64,000 nt of DNA, taken from positions 181,288,001 through 181,352,000 of the forward strand of contig NC_042998.1 in assembly GCF_006345805.1 (NCBI RefSeq), read 5' to 3'. Made by a program: the position numbers and the translations under genes. How positions within the stretch are numbered: position 1 is the stretch's first letter; each line of letters starts with the position of its first letter. This document shows positions 12,678 through 24,411 of this stretch, in pieces. Under the pieces are notes generated by a model. The model made no database searches. It had not been told where the DNA came from and was given only the letters and a program-made list of their open reading frames with translations. This DNA is from Octopus sinensis (Eukaryota).

Positions 12678-13003
12678 GAAGGCGTGTGGCTTAGTCGTTA
12701 GGGCATTCGACTCACGATTAAAAGGTTGTGAGTTCAATTCCCGGCGACGCGTTGTGTCCTTGAGCAAAAGACTTTCTTTCACGTTTGTCCAGTTCACTCA
12801 GCTGTAAAAATGAGTTGCGACGTCACTGATGCCAAGCTGTATCGGCCTTTACCTTTCCCTTGGATAACACTGGTGGCGTGGAGAGGGGAGGCTAGTATGC
12901 ATGGGCGACTGCTGGTCTTCCATAAACAACCTTGCCCTGACTATACCTTGGAGGGTAACTTTCTAGGTGCAATCCCATGGTCATTCGTGACGAAGAGGGT
13001 CTC

Positions 13004-13005
<2 letters not shown>
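12678..13005 (+). mobile_element. tRNA-derived SINE-like family C copy
   Basis: GAAGGCGTGTGGCTTAGTCGTTAGGGCATTCG..GAGTTCAATTCCC (A/B boxes), with a body shared with 43195-43458 and 59572-59885. Confidence 0.85.
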
Positions 13006-13054
<49 letters not shown>

Positions 13055-13117
13055 CAAATTCTATATTCTATATAAGCAATTTTTTGCTGAACCCTAATCA
13101 TAATTATACTCATAATT

Positions 13118-13192
<75 letters not shown>

Positions 13193-14354
13193 TATATTAT
13201 ATATATATATATATAGACATACATATATATGTATGTATATTATATATATGTATATATATATATATATATATAGTGAGAATCGAGAGAACAAAAGGAAGGA
13301 GGAGAAGTAGAAGTTTTTTTATGTAAAGATTTACGTCCTGATATTTAAGGTTATATGAATTTTCTATGAAAAATGTATGTGTAGAGGGAGATGGAGAGAT
13401 AATTAGAAAGGAAAAAAAAAACTGGGAAATGTAAGACTAATGAATCAGAAGTAGGAAAAGACGAAGATGTAGTAGAAAACAGAAGGTAAACATGAGAAAC
13501 ATTAGCGTAGCGAAGACACAATATTAGTATTATAAACTAATAGGTGGAACAAGAAGATTGTGAAAAGAGATGACAATTACTTTATAAATGAATAAATGAG
13601 TGAATAAATAAATAAACTGTGTTAACAATAATGATAGTGGAGACATTATCAGTAAAATTGATGTAGAAACTTGAAATCTAGCAAATAGGAAAGTGTGTAC
13701 ACAATTAACCTGTGAATTAAAAAACGTTTCCTGTAAGATGTCGGTTCTATAGAAAACTCATGTATTATAATGGTTTAGGAAACTGTTAAATGTTGTATTG
13801 ATGTGAGATTTTATAAATAAAAGAATAAAAAGATTTCAATTATAATAAACAATAAAATTCTTAAAGTCTTCGACATAATGTTCGTGATATTAGAAGTATA
13901 TTTCAAGAAAACTAAGATAGTTTAAATATACTAAAAAAAACAAACATAATAAACACATGAAAATAAAGTAATAATAAATTAATAAATAAATGTCTTTGGT
14001 AAAAGACGCTTACAAATTTCAAGATTACAGTTTGGCATAACAAATAAATAACTTTAAATAAGTAATAATTTGCTATCATAAATAGATGATTAATTAATAA
14101 ATAAATAAGAATTTTCAATTGCTAGGTCTTGTGTTCTACAATTCTTAAAGGAACCACCCTATCAATATTACTAGTCTTTCAATGAAAGTGCCTATGCGAG
14201 TGTGTGTGTGTGTGTGTTGTGTGTGTGTGTGTGTGTGTGTGTCTTATAGTGCGGTCGTTTTTTCACATATTGGTACCCTGGTGAAAATATTGGTATACTG
14301 ATGGAAATAACATACTTCTCAATGATGCCGAATAACTAAGGAATATTCTTACAG

Positions 14355-14426
14355 ATAAATATTGAACCTTATGACGTTGCTTTTGGCATTATCATTAAAG
14401 ACAAGCACCATTGTATCATCCCTGAC
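14355..14426 (+). CDS. Candidate 72-bp internal coding exon of an unidentified gene
   Basis: TTCTTACAG acceptor and GAC|GTAAGT consensus donor. Phase 0-0, with only frame 0 open (INIEPYDVAFGIIIKDKHHCIIPD). Confidence 0.35.
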
Positions 14427-16300
14427 GTAAGTTATGGCACAATAGAAATCAAGCTGCAATAAAAATAATTATATACAGTCCAACTGCAGGTTTTTCATAA
14501 ATTCCTCTCTCGTATCTTGGAGAAATAACAACCCCAACTTGTATTTCCGCAAGATAGCTTCTTGAGAAAATAGCGAGCTATAGGCTTCGCACTCAAAAAT
14601 TTTATGTCCTAGTCTGTCTTGCAAACAGGGCCATTTGACGTTTCCAGTGAATTATTCACTTTTGATATCATTAAAATATTTGAGACGGTGGTGAGATCAA
14701 GAATAACCAATTCCTCGATAGTAACAATCTCCTAAATCCCAGTTAGAATGGATTTTGATGTGCCAAAGACTGCCTGACATAAATTTTATACCACTTTGAC
14801 GATATTTTAAATATTTTGGAAGATCGTTCAAGCTTATGTCATACACTTTGATTTCATGAGAAAAGCAACCTAATATTCCAATGCATTGAAAATATTTGCA
14901 ATAGATTAAATGTTTTCTAATAAACGAAACATTTTGTTTCTTTTTGTCAATATTTGTTTTGATCTGAAGTGAGTAACTGTGCCCCGAGTCTTCGCCGGTT
15001 CTACCTGGTCGGTGAGAATGACGTTGACAGTTTTCTACTTGAACTATTGGATGCCATTGGTTTTAGGAAAAATATATTCAAGGCGAAAATACAAAAGGAC
15101 CGACGTTCTTGGGGAAGAAATTCTGAGCGTTGTAATCAGCTTGATATCAGAGGATGAACACAACATTGGCGATGAAATGAGGAGCTAAACAGAAGTGACA
15201 CAAGACCAGTTAGATCCATCATACATTGACGATTTTTCTTCTCTTTGACGTGTTTTAAGATGTGTGAGTACGTACGTGAAACAGGAGCAGCGTCGTGTGG
15301 GAGCAGTATTCCATCAAGAATCTCACCTGAATTTTGTAGATGATTAGTAGCTTGTTTGACAGATAGTCAGACAGACAGATACATACATACGTGCATGCAT
15401 GCATACATACATACATACATACATACATACATACATACATACATACATACATACATACATACATACATACATACATACATACATACATACATACATACAT
15501 ACATACATACATACATACATACATAGACTCTAAGAATGGCGTAGTACCAAGTAACCAGATAAGAAATCGGTTGAACGTTTTACCCTGTCTGCCAGTAGTA
15601 CTCTGAAACTTTCGTAAATATACATATGGGTCTCATTATGTGTGTATAGTTGTTTGTGTATATCTAAGATTTTGTGAACTTCACATCTAGCCTCTTTCAC
15701 TACACTCCGTCCTCATCGTTCTCGCTTACTCTTTCTATAGTTATCTGTCTATCTTTTATGTCTCTCTTTATAAGATTCCTTCTTTTTCTTTTTTCTGTCT
15801 CATACATATTTCTCTCCTCTTCCTTCTGTCATATTGCCTTTCCCATTCAAACCATCGGATTCCAACTCTAAATCTCTTAATTACTCATTGTTACCACGAT
15901 TTTGACGCCCTTTTCACCTCTTCTTCCCCTTTACTCTTTCTCATACTAACTCCTGTTTTCTCCCTTCTCTCTCTCCCCCTTTCTTAATCCCACTCCTAGC
16001 TTCTCTTCTACGAATTCACGTCGTCTTTTCAATTCAAAATTTTTCGTCCATTATGTCCCGCTTTACAAATGCTACCAGCCTTAGTCCATTATTAAAGATG
16101 TCAGCAACTAAAAGCACAACAAATGTCTCCAACTTACAACCTCTCTGCCATTTTATATCTACCCCCACTGCAGTTGAAATACGTCAATTATCACCACATG
16201 TTGGCATAGTTCAAACATGTAGAAGCAGGTGGGGTAAAGATTAGGTTCGAGATCGCAGCGTGACTTTCAAGAAGTAAACTTCGTTTATCTTTTATTAATA

Positions 16301-16813
16301 ACTAGCAGTATCGCCCGGCGTTGCTCGGGTTTGTAAGGGAAATAACTATATAAGCATTTTTAGAGAGTTACTTCCCTTATAGATGCCAATTCGGGCTTTC
16401 TTAGCCATTTCTGTTTTGGTGTCTTCAAGCCATGAAGTCGTTGTTCTAAAAGAACGCTGGTCTCCTTGACAACGCTTTACCACGTTGATTTCCTTACACT
16501 CCCTTCCCCACAGCTTCACGAGGGAGGGAAGAAGGGGGAGAAGCAAACAGGTGCAGGTGTGACCATGGACGCCAACTCCGCCGCCATCGACACACGAAAA
16601 ATTATGCATTAAAATGGAATAAAAAATGATGTTAAATTATTTTTAAAATCGTAGACTCATCGTAGACGCGCACTAATACTCAGACGGGCTCGATATGAAT
16701 CACGACTATAAGATACCCGAATTTGGTTAAACTGCACCGCAAAATGTGGGAGTAGTTAGGAATCTAAATCGAAGGGGACAGACACTCACACAACTACAGT
16801 TTTATATATATAG
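16301..16813 (+). mobile_element. Helitron/DINE-1(HINE)-like non-autonomous repeat, copy 1
   Basis: Starts ACTAGCAGTATCGCCCGGCGTTGCTCGG and ends GACAGACACTCACACAACTACAGTTTTATATATATAG. It shares 5' and 3' blocks with 57722-58117. The superfamily assignment is inferred from terminal structure. Confidence 0.6.
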
Positions 16814-17088
16814 ATGTGCGTCTATGTACACGCACAAACACACCCCATACGCACATACACTCGCACACACTGATACATATATGTATCCGTATAGGTATAG
16901 CGATGCAAACACGAAAAATAGAACTCAAAATATGAATATATGTATATTTTTATTAATATTTAGCTAAAGCAACAGAATGACTCAAGAGACGAAAGTTTGG
17001 TGCATTGACACATCAAACTTTGATAAATGCATACGCACGAAAGTATCGACACTTAAGTTACTCTGTTGCCTCTGATATATAATATATA

Positions 17089-17153
<65 letters not shown>

Positions 17154-17155
<2 letters not shown>

Positions 17156-17549
17156 TCTTTTACTCTTTTACTTGTTTCAGTCATTTGACTGCGGCCATGC
17201 TGGAGCACCGCCTTTAGTCGAGCAACTCGACCCCGGGACTTATTCTTTTTGTAAGCCCAGTAGTTATTCTATCGGTCTCTTTTTGCCGAACCGCTAAGTG
17301 ACGGGGACGTAAACACACCAGCATCGATTGTCAAGCAATGCTAGGGGAACAAACACAGACACACAAACACACACACACATATATATATATACATATATAC
17401 GACAGGCTTCTACCAAATCCACTCACAAGGCATTGGTCGGCCCGGGGCTATAGCAGAAGACACTTGCCCAAGATGCCACGCAGTGGGATTGAACCCGGAA
17501 CCATGTGGTTGGTTAGCAAGCTACCTACCACACAGCCACTCCTGCGCCT
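17154..17549 (-). mobile_element. tRNA-derived SINE-like family B copy
   Basis: The minus-strand head AGGCGCAGGAGTGGCTGTGTGGTAG..GGTTCAATCCCACTGCGTGGCATCTTGGGCAAGTG and the tail TCAAATGACTGAAACAAGTAAAAGAGTAAAAGAG are shared with the other copies. Confidence 0.85.
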
Positions 17550-17633
17550 ATGTCTATCTACTCCTCATTTCGAGCATTTATATTATTATTTGACTGAACA
17601 CCACGCATCCATTTCCAAGTAAGTTTATATATA

Positions 17634-17699
<66 letters not shown>

Positions 17700-17701
17700 T
17701 C

Positions 17702-17913
17702 AAAATGTGACCGCGTGTGTATCGTTGGCGATTTTTTTCCTCCGTCTTCCCTTCCTAGGATCTTTCCTTTTCCTATGTTTCTGACGAAGAGCTCCGCTCG
17801 AAACGTTAAATCCTCCTTATTTCTTTCCTTTCCTGAGCGTCCAATAACACTATACTTGTTCCACGTCCTCGCTTTGTTGTGTTTTCTCTTTGTATTTTCA
17901 TGTTTGGATTAAC
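17702..17913 (+). repeat. Penelope pseudo-LTR-type repeat (family P1) with a hammerhead-like motif
   Basis: Homologous to 1-115 and 37420-37575. Contains GTTT-CTGACGA-AGAGCTCCGCTC-GAAACGTT-AAA. Confidence 0.7.
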
Positions 17914-17915
17914 TT

Positions 17916-18009
<94 letters not shown>

Positions 18010-19261
18010 CTCGCACTCCGTCGGTTATGACGACAACTGTTCAAGCTGATACGATCAACAGAACAGTCTACTCCTGAAATTAACATGCAAATGGTTGAGT
18101 ACTGCACATGCACACGTGCTCTTAACGAAGTTCTCAGCGAGATTCAGCGTGACACAGAATATGACAGGGTTGAGTTACACGTACGCACTCATTTTGGCCA
18201 GCTGAGCATATACGTGAATGTGCGTGTTTAAACGCTTAAACAAAAGACTTCAATGTAAGCACGACAGGGAAAACAATAATCAATACTTAAGACAGAGTGT
18301 CTAATTATATTAGTTGAAACTAAAAATTCAAATTTCTGATGTAAGCTTTGCGTCACCGATCTTCGAACGAAATTTGTGTAAAGAAACAAGAAACTAAGAA
18401 TTTTCAGATCATAAAAACAAAAAGGAATTATTTGGTTAGAGACATGTCTAAAGATAAAACCAAATAAATAAAATATTTTAGTTGATTTCTATGCAAAGAT
18501 TGGGATCAAGTAATTGAGAAACAAATGAAAAGTAAGAAGGTAAATAACTGTATAATTCGATCGTATTGATTGCAGATTCTTTAAAATATATTCGCAAAAT
18601 GTTATTCATGCTCAAATATTACAAAATAGTTCAATATTAACAAAGAAATGTAAAGAGTTGAGAAAGTGAGAAAGAGGACGGATCACGTATCGAGAAAAAA
18701 AATTATCTTTCAAAGCACTGTCAGAAATCCTTCTACGTTTCTAAAACAGCCTGTAACTCGATAAAGCAAAGTAAAAGAGATAAGTGGAAAAACACGAAAA
18801 TCAAAAACGGAAATTAGAATATAGAATGTGATAACGTCGGAACATTCTTATTGATTATTTTTAATTGTGGATCTATCGTTGGAAAATTACATAGCAAATA
18901 TTTCGCTTTATGCGAGCAAATATAAAGAATTTCATTTGATGGAATCAAGCGGCTCCCCTCCTGTTATTTATTTTATTTTTAAAAAGTTGTGTTTTTTTGT
19001 TTTGTTTCGTTTTGTTTTGTTTTGTTTTATAGTTCAGTTTATCTATGCATATGCATTCAAATATTTTGTATTGGGTATCTCAGGGATAAATACGTTCATG
19101 GTTTGTAAACCGAGGAGTAAATATTAATAATGATCATAAAATTGATGGTAAATAATAATTATAATATATACATATTTCCCACGAAGAGAGGAATTATATA
19201 ATAATTCTTTCTATAATTATTCAAAAAAGTAAAAAGCACTGAAATGCTGACTGAGAAGGAA

Positions 19262-19578
19262 AGTCGATTATATCGATCTCAGTACTCAACTGGTACTTAT
19301 TTTATCGACTCCGAAAATGTGAAAGGCAAAGTCGGCCTCCGCGGAATTTGACCTGTGAACGAAACGAGAAGGGCTAAACATAGAGGGGACAGACAAGGAC
19401 AGACATAGGTATTAAGTCGATTACATCGACCCCAGTGTTTCACTGATACTTAATTTATCGACCCCGAAAGGATGAAAGGCAAAGTCGACCTCGGCGGAAT
19501 TTGAACTCAGAACGTAGCGGCGGACGAAATACCACTCAGCATTTCGTCCGGCGTGCTAACGTTTCTGCCAGCTCGCCG
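19262..19578 (-). mobile_element. SINE-like family A copy
   Basis: GACCCCGAAAGGATGAAAGGCAAAGTCGACCTCGGCGGAATTTGAACTCAGAACG..CTGCCAGCTCGCCG. Confidence 0.85.
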
Positions 19579-21154
19579 TTTGAGAGGAATTAAGTAATAA
19601 TAGAATCAAATAGCAATTTGATCTGAATATGTTATAATCTTCTCTCCAAGAGAGAAAGAGAGAAAGAATGATTGTGGGATAAAGTGCGGCTGAGAGGGAA
19701 TGAGGGAGGAAGATAGTGGCGAACGAGTCAATGTGTTATGTAGGGAGACAGATAGGGAGGCAGACCTTTAACTCCATTAACAATTTCCACTTGCCTTTTT
19801 ACCTATAATCACTTTTCCCATTGTTTATTGTCTGTTATCTACTCTCAGTTACATATTGACGTTTATTTCGTATTATACTTCCAAAATTCCACAAAAATAA
19901 AATTAAAACCACACTTTTCTTATACTGCTAATGTTCGAATCTCTTTTAATCAATAAATATTTAATGAATTCTTATTAATTTTTTAAAAATTATAATTGTT
20001 TTTTTCATAATAGATTAATATAAATTCAATTAACTTGTAAATTATATAAATATAATTTCATTTCACAAAGTTTACGAAGCAAAGTTAATAAAGAGTAGAT
20101 TGTTCTGAATGGGAAACGAATCGTGCTGATAACGTTTGAATGACTGAACCGTCTATAATAAAAGCCAGTAACCAATTAAAAAAGAAAAGAGGCTGAATTA
20201 CTATTTTAGTAGAATATTTAATCGATCCTCATTATATTTTTGAAATTAAATTGTTTTTTAATAATATACTCATTTAACTTGTAAATATATATAAATAAAA
20301 ATTTCGACTCTCAAAGTATATGCTATCATAGAGAGAGGTTCCTTCAAATAGTATGCTTTCAATTTCAACTGTCGAGAAAAATAGCGCTCCATTAAACAAA
20401 TGATTTCGAAAAGAGCAGGGAATGAGTAGGTTTTATATACGTTACATTGATTACATTTTAAATAAGTATTGATATTAGATCGGGAAAAAACATGTTCAAC
20501 TAAAACGGTACAACTACATTTTGGCTGCATAAATCCGAAAATATAATAGTTACTCTTTATAAAGGAACATTTATGAATGTGCATGTATGCCCGTTTATGC
20601 GTGTGTGAGTATGTGCGTGCGTATGTGTATATATTTATGCTTACACTGCTATCTATGTTGTGTTCCTTAATGTCCTGTAACTTAGCTACTCTAGAAATAT
20701 ATTGCTAACCGCAATCCATAATGAATATTCTGATAGGCAGATATGCAAACAGACACACACACACCTCATGCATGCATGCACACACGTACACACACACACA
20801 CACACACATACATATATACATACATACATACATACATACGTACATACATACATACATACATACATACATACATACATACATACATACATACATACAAAAG
20901 TACCCTGTTGTCGATGCTGAAATTCCAAAAGAGCCTTGGATCTAGGTTAGAAATCGGCTCTTACTCTATTGGCAAGAAATCTTGAAATAAAACTGAACAA
21001 TGACATACATACATGCATACACACACTCATACATATACACATACATACATACATACATACATACATACATACATACATACTACATACATACATACATACA
21101 TACATACATACATACATACATGCATACATACGTACATACATACATACATACATA

Positions 21155-21390
21155 AAAGGAGAATCTAGATAAACTGGGATTTCAGCAAGAGAAATTGACC
21201 GGCTGATTCGTGCATCACAAGTCCAATCTGTGATTCGAACAATAACAATATGCAAGACTTTTCTCAAATGTGAATTTGTTAGTGTTAACTACATCCCAAA
21301 GATGGAGCCTTGTATCTTTGTTGCAAACCGGTCCCCTCCTCAGTGGAAGATTTATGATAATTAAAAAATAGAAGAGACAACATACATACT
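21155..21390 (+). mobile_element. Probable 3' end of a non-LTR retrotransposon (R4/Dong-like C-terminus)
   Basis: KENLDKLG/ISAREIDRLIRASQVQSVIRTITICKTFLK resembles the extreme C-terminus of RLE-type LINE ORFs. It is followed by a short UTR and CATA repeats. Recognition is from memory only. Confidence 0.4.
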
Positions 21391-21397
21391 GTATTCT

Positions 21398-21635
21398 TTT
21401 ATTATTTATTTTCTTTGCTTCAGTCATTTGACTGCGGACATGCAACAAATTGACCTGAGGACTTATTTTTTGTAAGCCTAGTACTTATTCTATCGGGCTC
21501 TTTTGCCGAACCGCTATATTACGGGGACGTAAGCACACCAACATCGGTTGTCAAGCGATGATGTTGGGACAAATACAGACACACAAACATATACATACAC
21601 ACACACACACACATATACATATACATACATATATA

Positions 21636-21678
<43 letters not shown>

Positions 21679-21829
21679 ATACACGACGGGCTCCTTTCAG
21701 TTTCCGTCTACTGCTTTGGTCGGCCCGAGGCTATAGCAGAAGACTCTTGCTCAAGGTGCCACGCAGTGGGACTGGACCCAGAACCATGTGATTGGTAAGC
21801 AAGCTACTTACCGCACACCCACTCCTGCG

Positions 21830-21832
<3 letters not shown>
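21398..21832 (-). mobile_element. SINE-like family B copy
   Basis: Same head and tail, with an internal (CA)n(TA)n expansion. Confidence 0.8.
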
Positions 21833-21865
<33 letters not shown>

Positions 21866-22084
21866 GAGCCTGAGAAAACTGGTGTGGTGATCTATGCCTG
21901 CAATAAGTATATAGACAGTGAAGTTCGTGAGTTTATATACATTCTTAATTTGTTATGCTTTGGAGAGAAGAGGAATCTAATTCCACTTCTTCCCATGGCA
22001 TAGGAACTTATCTTAAACATGTGAATTCCAGATATAGAAATATTGATTTCAAATGGTGGCACAGGGCCAGCTATTTCGGGAGAG

Positions 22085-22256
22085 GGGATAAGTCGGTTAC
22101 AACGACACCAGTGTTCAACTGGTTCTAATTCTATCGATCCTGTGAAGATGAATGGCAAAGTCGACCTTGGCGGAATTTGAACTCCGGCCATAAAGACGTC
22201 CAAAAAGCCGTTAAGAATTTTGCCCGGCATGCTAACGATTCTGCCAGTGTGCCGCC
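22085..22256 (-). mobile_element. SINE-like family A copy (degenerate)
   Basis: GGCAAAGTCGACCTTGGCGGAATTTGAACTC..CTGCCAG..GCCGCC. This copy accounts for most of ORF 21892-22494. Confidence 0.75.
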
Positions 22257-23002
22257 TTAAAATTACGGAAATGAAGAATCCGGGTATTCTTTTTAAAATG
22301 CTGCTAAACATTTTTGTCCGGTGTGCAAATGATTTTGCCAACTCGCCACCTTCAGATATAGAAATATTAAATGATAATATAGAGAGATTAGTTTTTATAC
22401 CAATGTTTATCTCATATGTAGTTTCATTGAATATAAATTGAAGCCGTGCATTGATGAATGATCTAACGTAAAAAATTAGGTTTCCTTTACACAAGTAGAA
22501 CTACAGAACTTAATCCATTCTGTATTTCCCTCTTTATTCATTCCATATTCCCAAAGAATAACGAGATGTTATAGATTTTATAATATGAAAAATTTAAAAC
22601 AAACAGAAAAGGAAGCCTCTGCGTTGTCGCACAATCTGTTAGAATTAGCAACCACTTGTCACGCGACGTGCTAGATTTATCAGCGACACAACACTGAAAA
22701 TATAACCTACTACCTTAAGAAATAACAATATATAGGATTATGTAGGCATAAATTCACTGTATGAAATATAAATTTAGAATTGCACTCCAACTCCACCAAA
22801 AATAGCCAGTATTTGCTCCGGTTCTCTACGTTCTGAGTTCAAATGCAGCCGAAATACTCCCCCCCACCCCCTCTCTCTCTCTCTCTCTCTCTCTCCCTCT
22901 CTCTCTCTGAATAGGCTACATTTCACTGTCAGAAGAGTGACAGTGAGGAGTCATCACAGTGTCCTTTCTCCAGAAATAGAAGTCGTTTATGATATATATA
23001 TA

Positions 23003-24290
23003 CGAGGGGGTACCCAAAAGAAACTGGAATTTGAAAATATTATTTTATTCACTTAGTTTTTTTGGGTTTTTTTTTTGTTTACACTTTTATTGCCTTCAAA
23101 GTATTCGCCATTTGAAACAATGCATCGGTCTAGACGCGTTTTCCACTGTTCGAAATAGTCTTGGAACTCCTGCGAAATTATGTCTTTCGATGCCTCTGTT
23201 GTTTTTGTTTTTCTTCACCTCTTCCACATCTGCAAAACGTTTTCTTTTAAGGGCTTTTTTCATTTGGGGAGGTGGACAAAAAGTGTCGCAGGAAGCAAGA
23301 TCGGAAGATTAGAGAGGGTAGATAAGTGGGGTCATGCCATTTTTAGTCAAAAACTGTCTGAAACTTAAGGTGGTGTGCGCAGGCGCATTGTCGAAATGAA
23401 ACCACCGCTCTTCACTTTGTCATAGATCGCGGCGTTTTCGTCTCACCGCTTGTTGCAAATGCTTCAGAACTGCCAAGTAAAATGTCTGGTTAACTGTTTG
23501 ACCAGGAGAAACAAATTCTGTGTGGACATTCCTTTCACATCGATGAAACAAACCAGTATCGTCTTGGCATTGGATTTCACTTGACGCGCTTTTGGGGTGG
23601 GGCGCAGTGACATTGAATGCTTCCATTGATCTGATTGCTGCTTCATTTCTGGCTCGTAACCGTAGCACCACCTTTTATCACCAGTGATGACTTTCGAATA
23701 AAGGTCCGGATCAACTTCCAATTATTCTTTCAGTTCACGATACGCAATCAGTCGTGACTGCTTTTGATCCTCTTTGAGCAAGCAAAGCACAATTTTTTCT
23801 GCAACTCTTTTCATTCGCAATTGCTCCCTCGGAATTTGTTGGCAGGAGCTCCAGGATACACCAGTCATATCACCAAGTTCATCAATTGTTCGGTGACGGT
23901 CCTCTGAGATCAATTCATGAATTTTTGTGATGTCTTCATTCGTTCGGGAGGTTGACAATGAACCTGAACAAGGTTGGTCTTCAACCGACAAGTGACCATT
24001 CAACTAAAGCGTGAAAATTACTTGTAAACTTGTGTTTTGTTCATGACAGCACCCTTGTAAGCTGTTTGATGCATGACAACTGTTTCGGTCGCCGTTTTCC
24101 TCGGCAGAAAACAGAATTTCACGGAAGCACGCTGTTCCTTCGTTTCAGCCATCGCAAAAATCGACAAAACAGGGGGAGAAGCACTGCAAAAGAAAGACGC
24201 ACCACGTGACAGCCCGACTGCAAACCACGACGCCGGTCGACGGACTAATGCCTGAGGGTTGCATCAGGTGGGTTCTATAATTTTTCTGAA
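23003..24290 (-). mobile_element. Decayed mariner (IS630-Tc1-mariner, D,D34D-type) DNA transposon
   Basis: Minus-strand reading 24152->23087 across stops and frameshifts gives MAETKEQRASVKFCF...; EDQPCSGSLSTS...EDRHRTIDEL; VITGDKRWCYGYEPEMKQQSDQW; GQTVNQTFYLAVLKHLQQAVRRKR; SSDLASCD...MKKALKRKRFADVEEVKKK...FEQWKTRLDRCIVSNGEYFEGN*. These are all hallmark mariner transposase motifs. One end reads TA-CGAGGGGGTACCCAAAAG at about 23001; the matching TIR at the other end was not found. Confidence 0.95.
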
Positions 24291-24370
24291 TCTTCAGACT
24301 TTTCTATATGCTAGACCACTGGTTTTAAATTGGTATTAATCAAATTAATATTCAATTTTTCACCCTTATG

Positions 24371-24411
<41 letters not shown>

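Noticed and set aside
12678-12760. tRNA-like A/B boxes (also at 1497, 5450-5524, 44275, 53515 and 59810)
   Set aside because: No closed cloverleaf, and each continues into a shared repeat body, so these are SINE heads rather than tRNA genes.
14970-15346. Small candidate exons (14970-15011 plus; about 15295-15345 minus) and ORFs 14969-15188
   Set aside because: Candidates on both strands are mutually ambiguous, phase-incompatible with the 14355 exon, and have no recognisable homology.
21892-22494. 200-aa minus-strand ORF, the longest in the track
   Set aside because: It runs through family A SINE copies and AT-rich spacer, with no domain signature.
23087-24152. Domesticated SETMAR-like or active mariner gene
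   Set aside because: Multiple stops and frameshifts, no SET domain, and one TIR missing.
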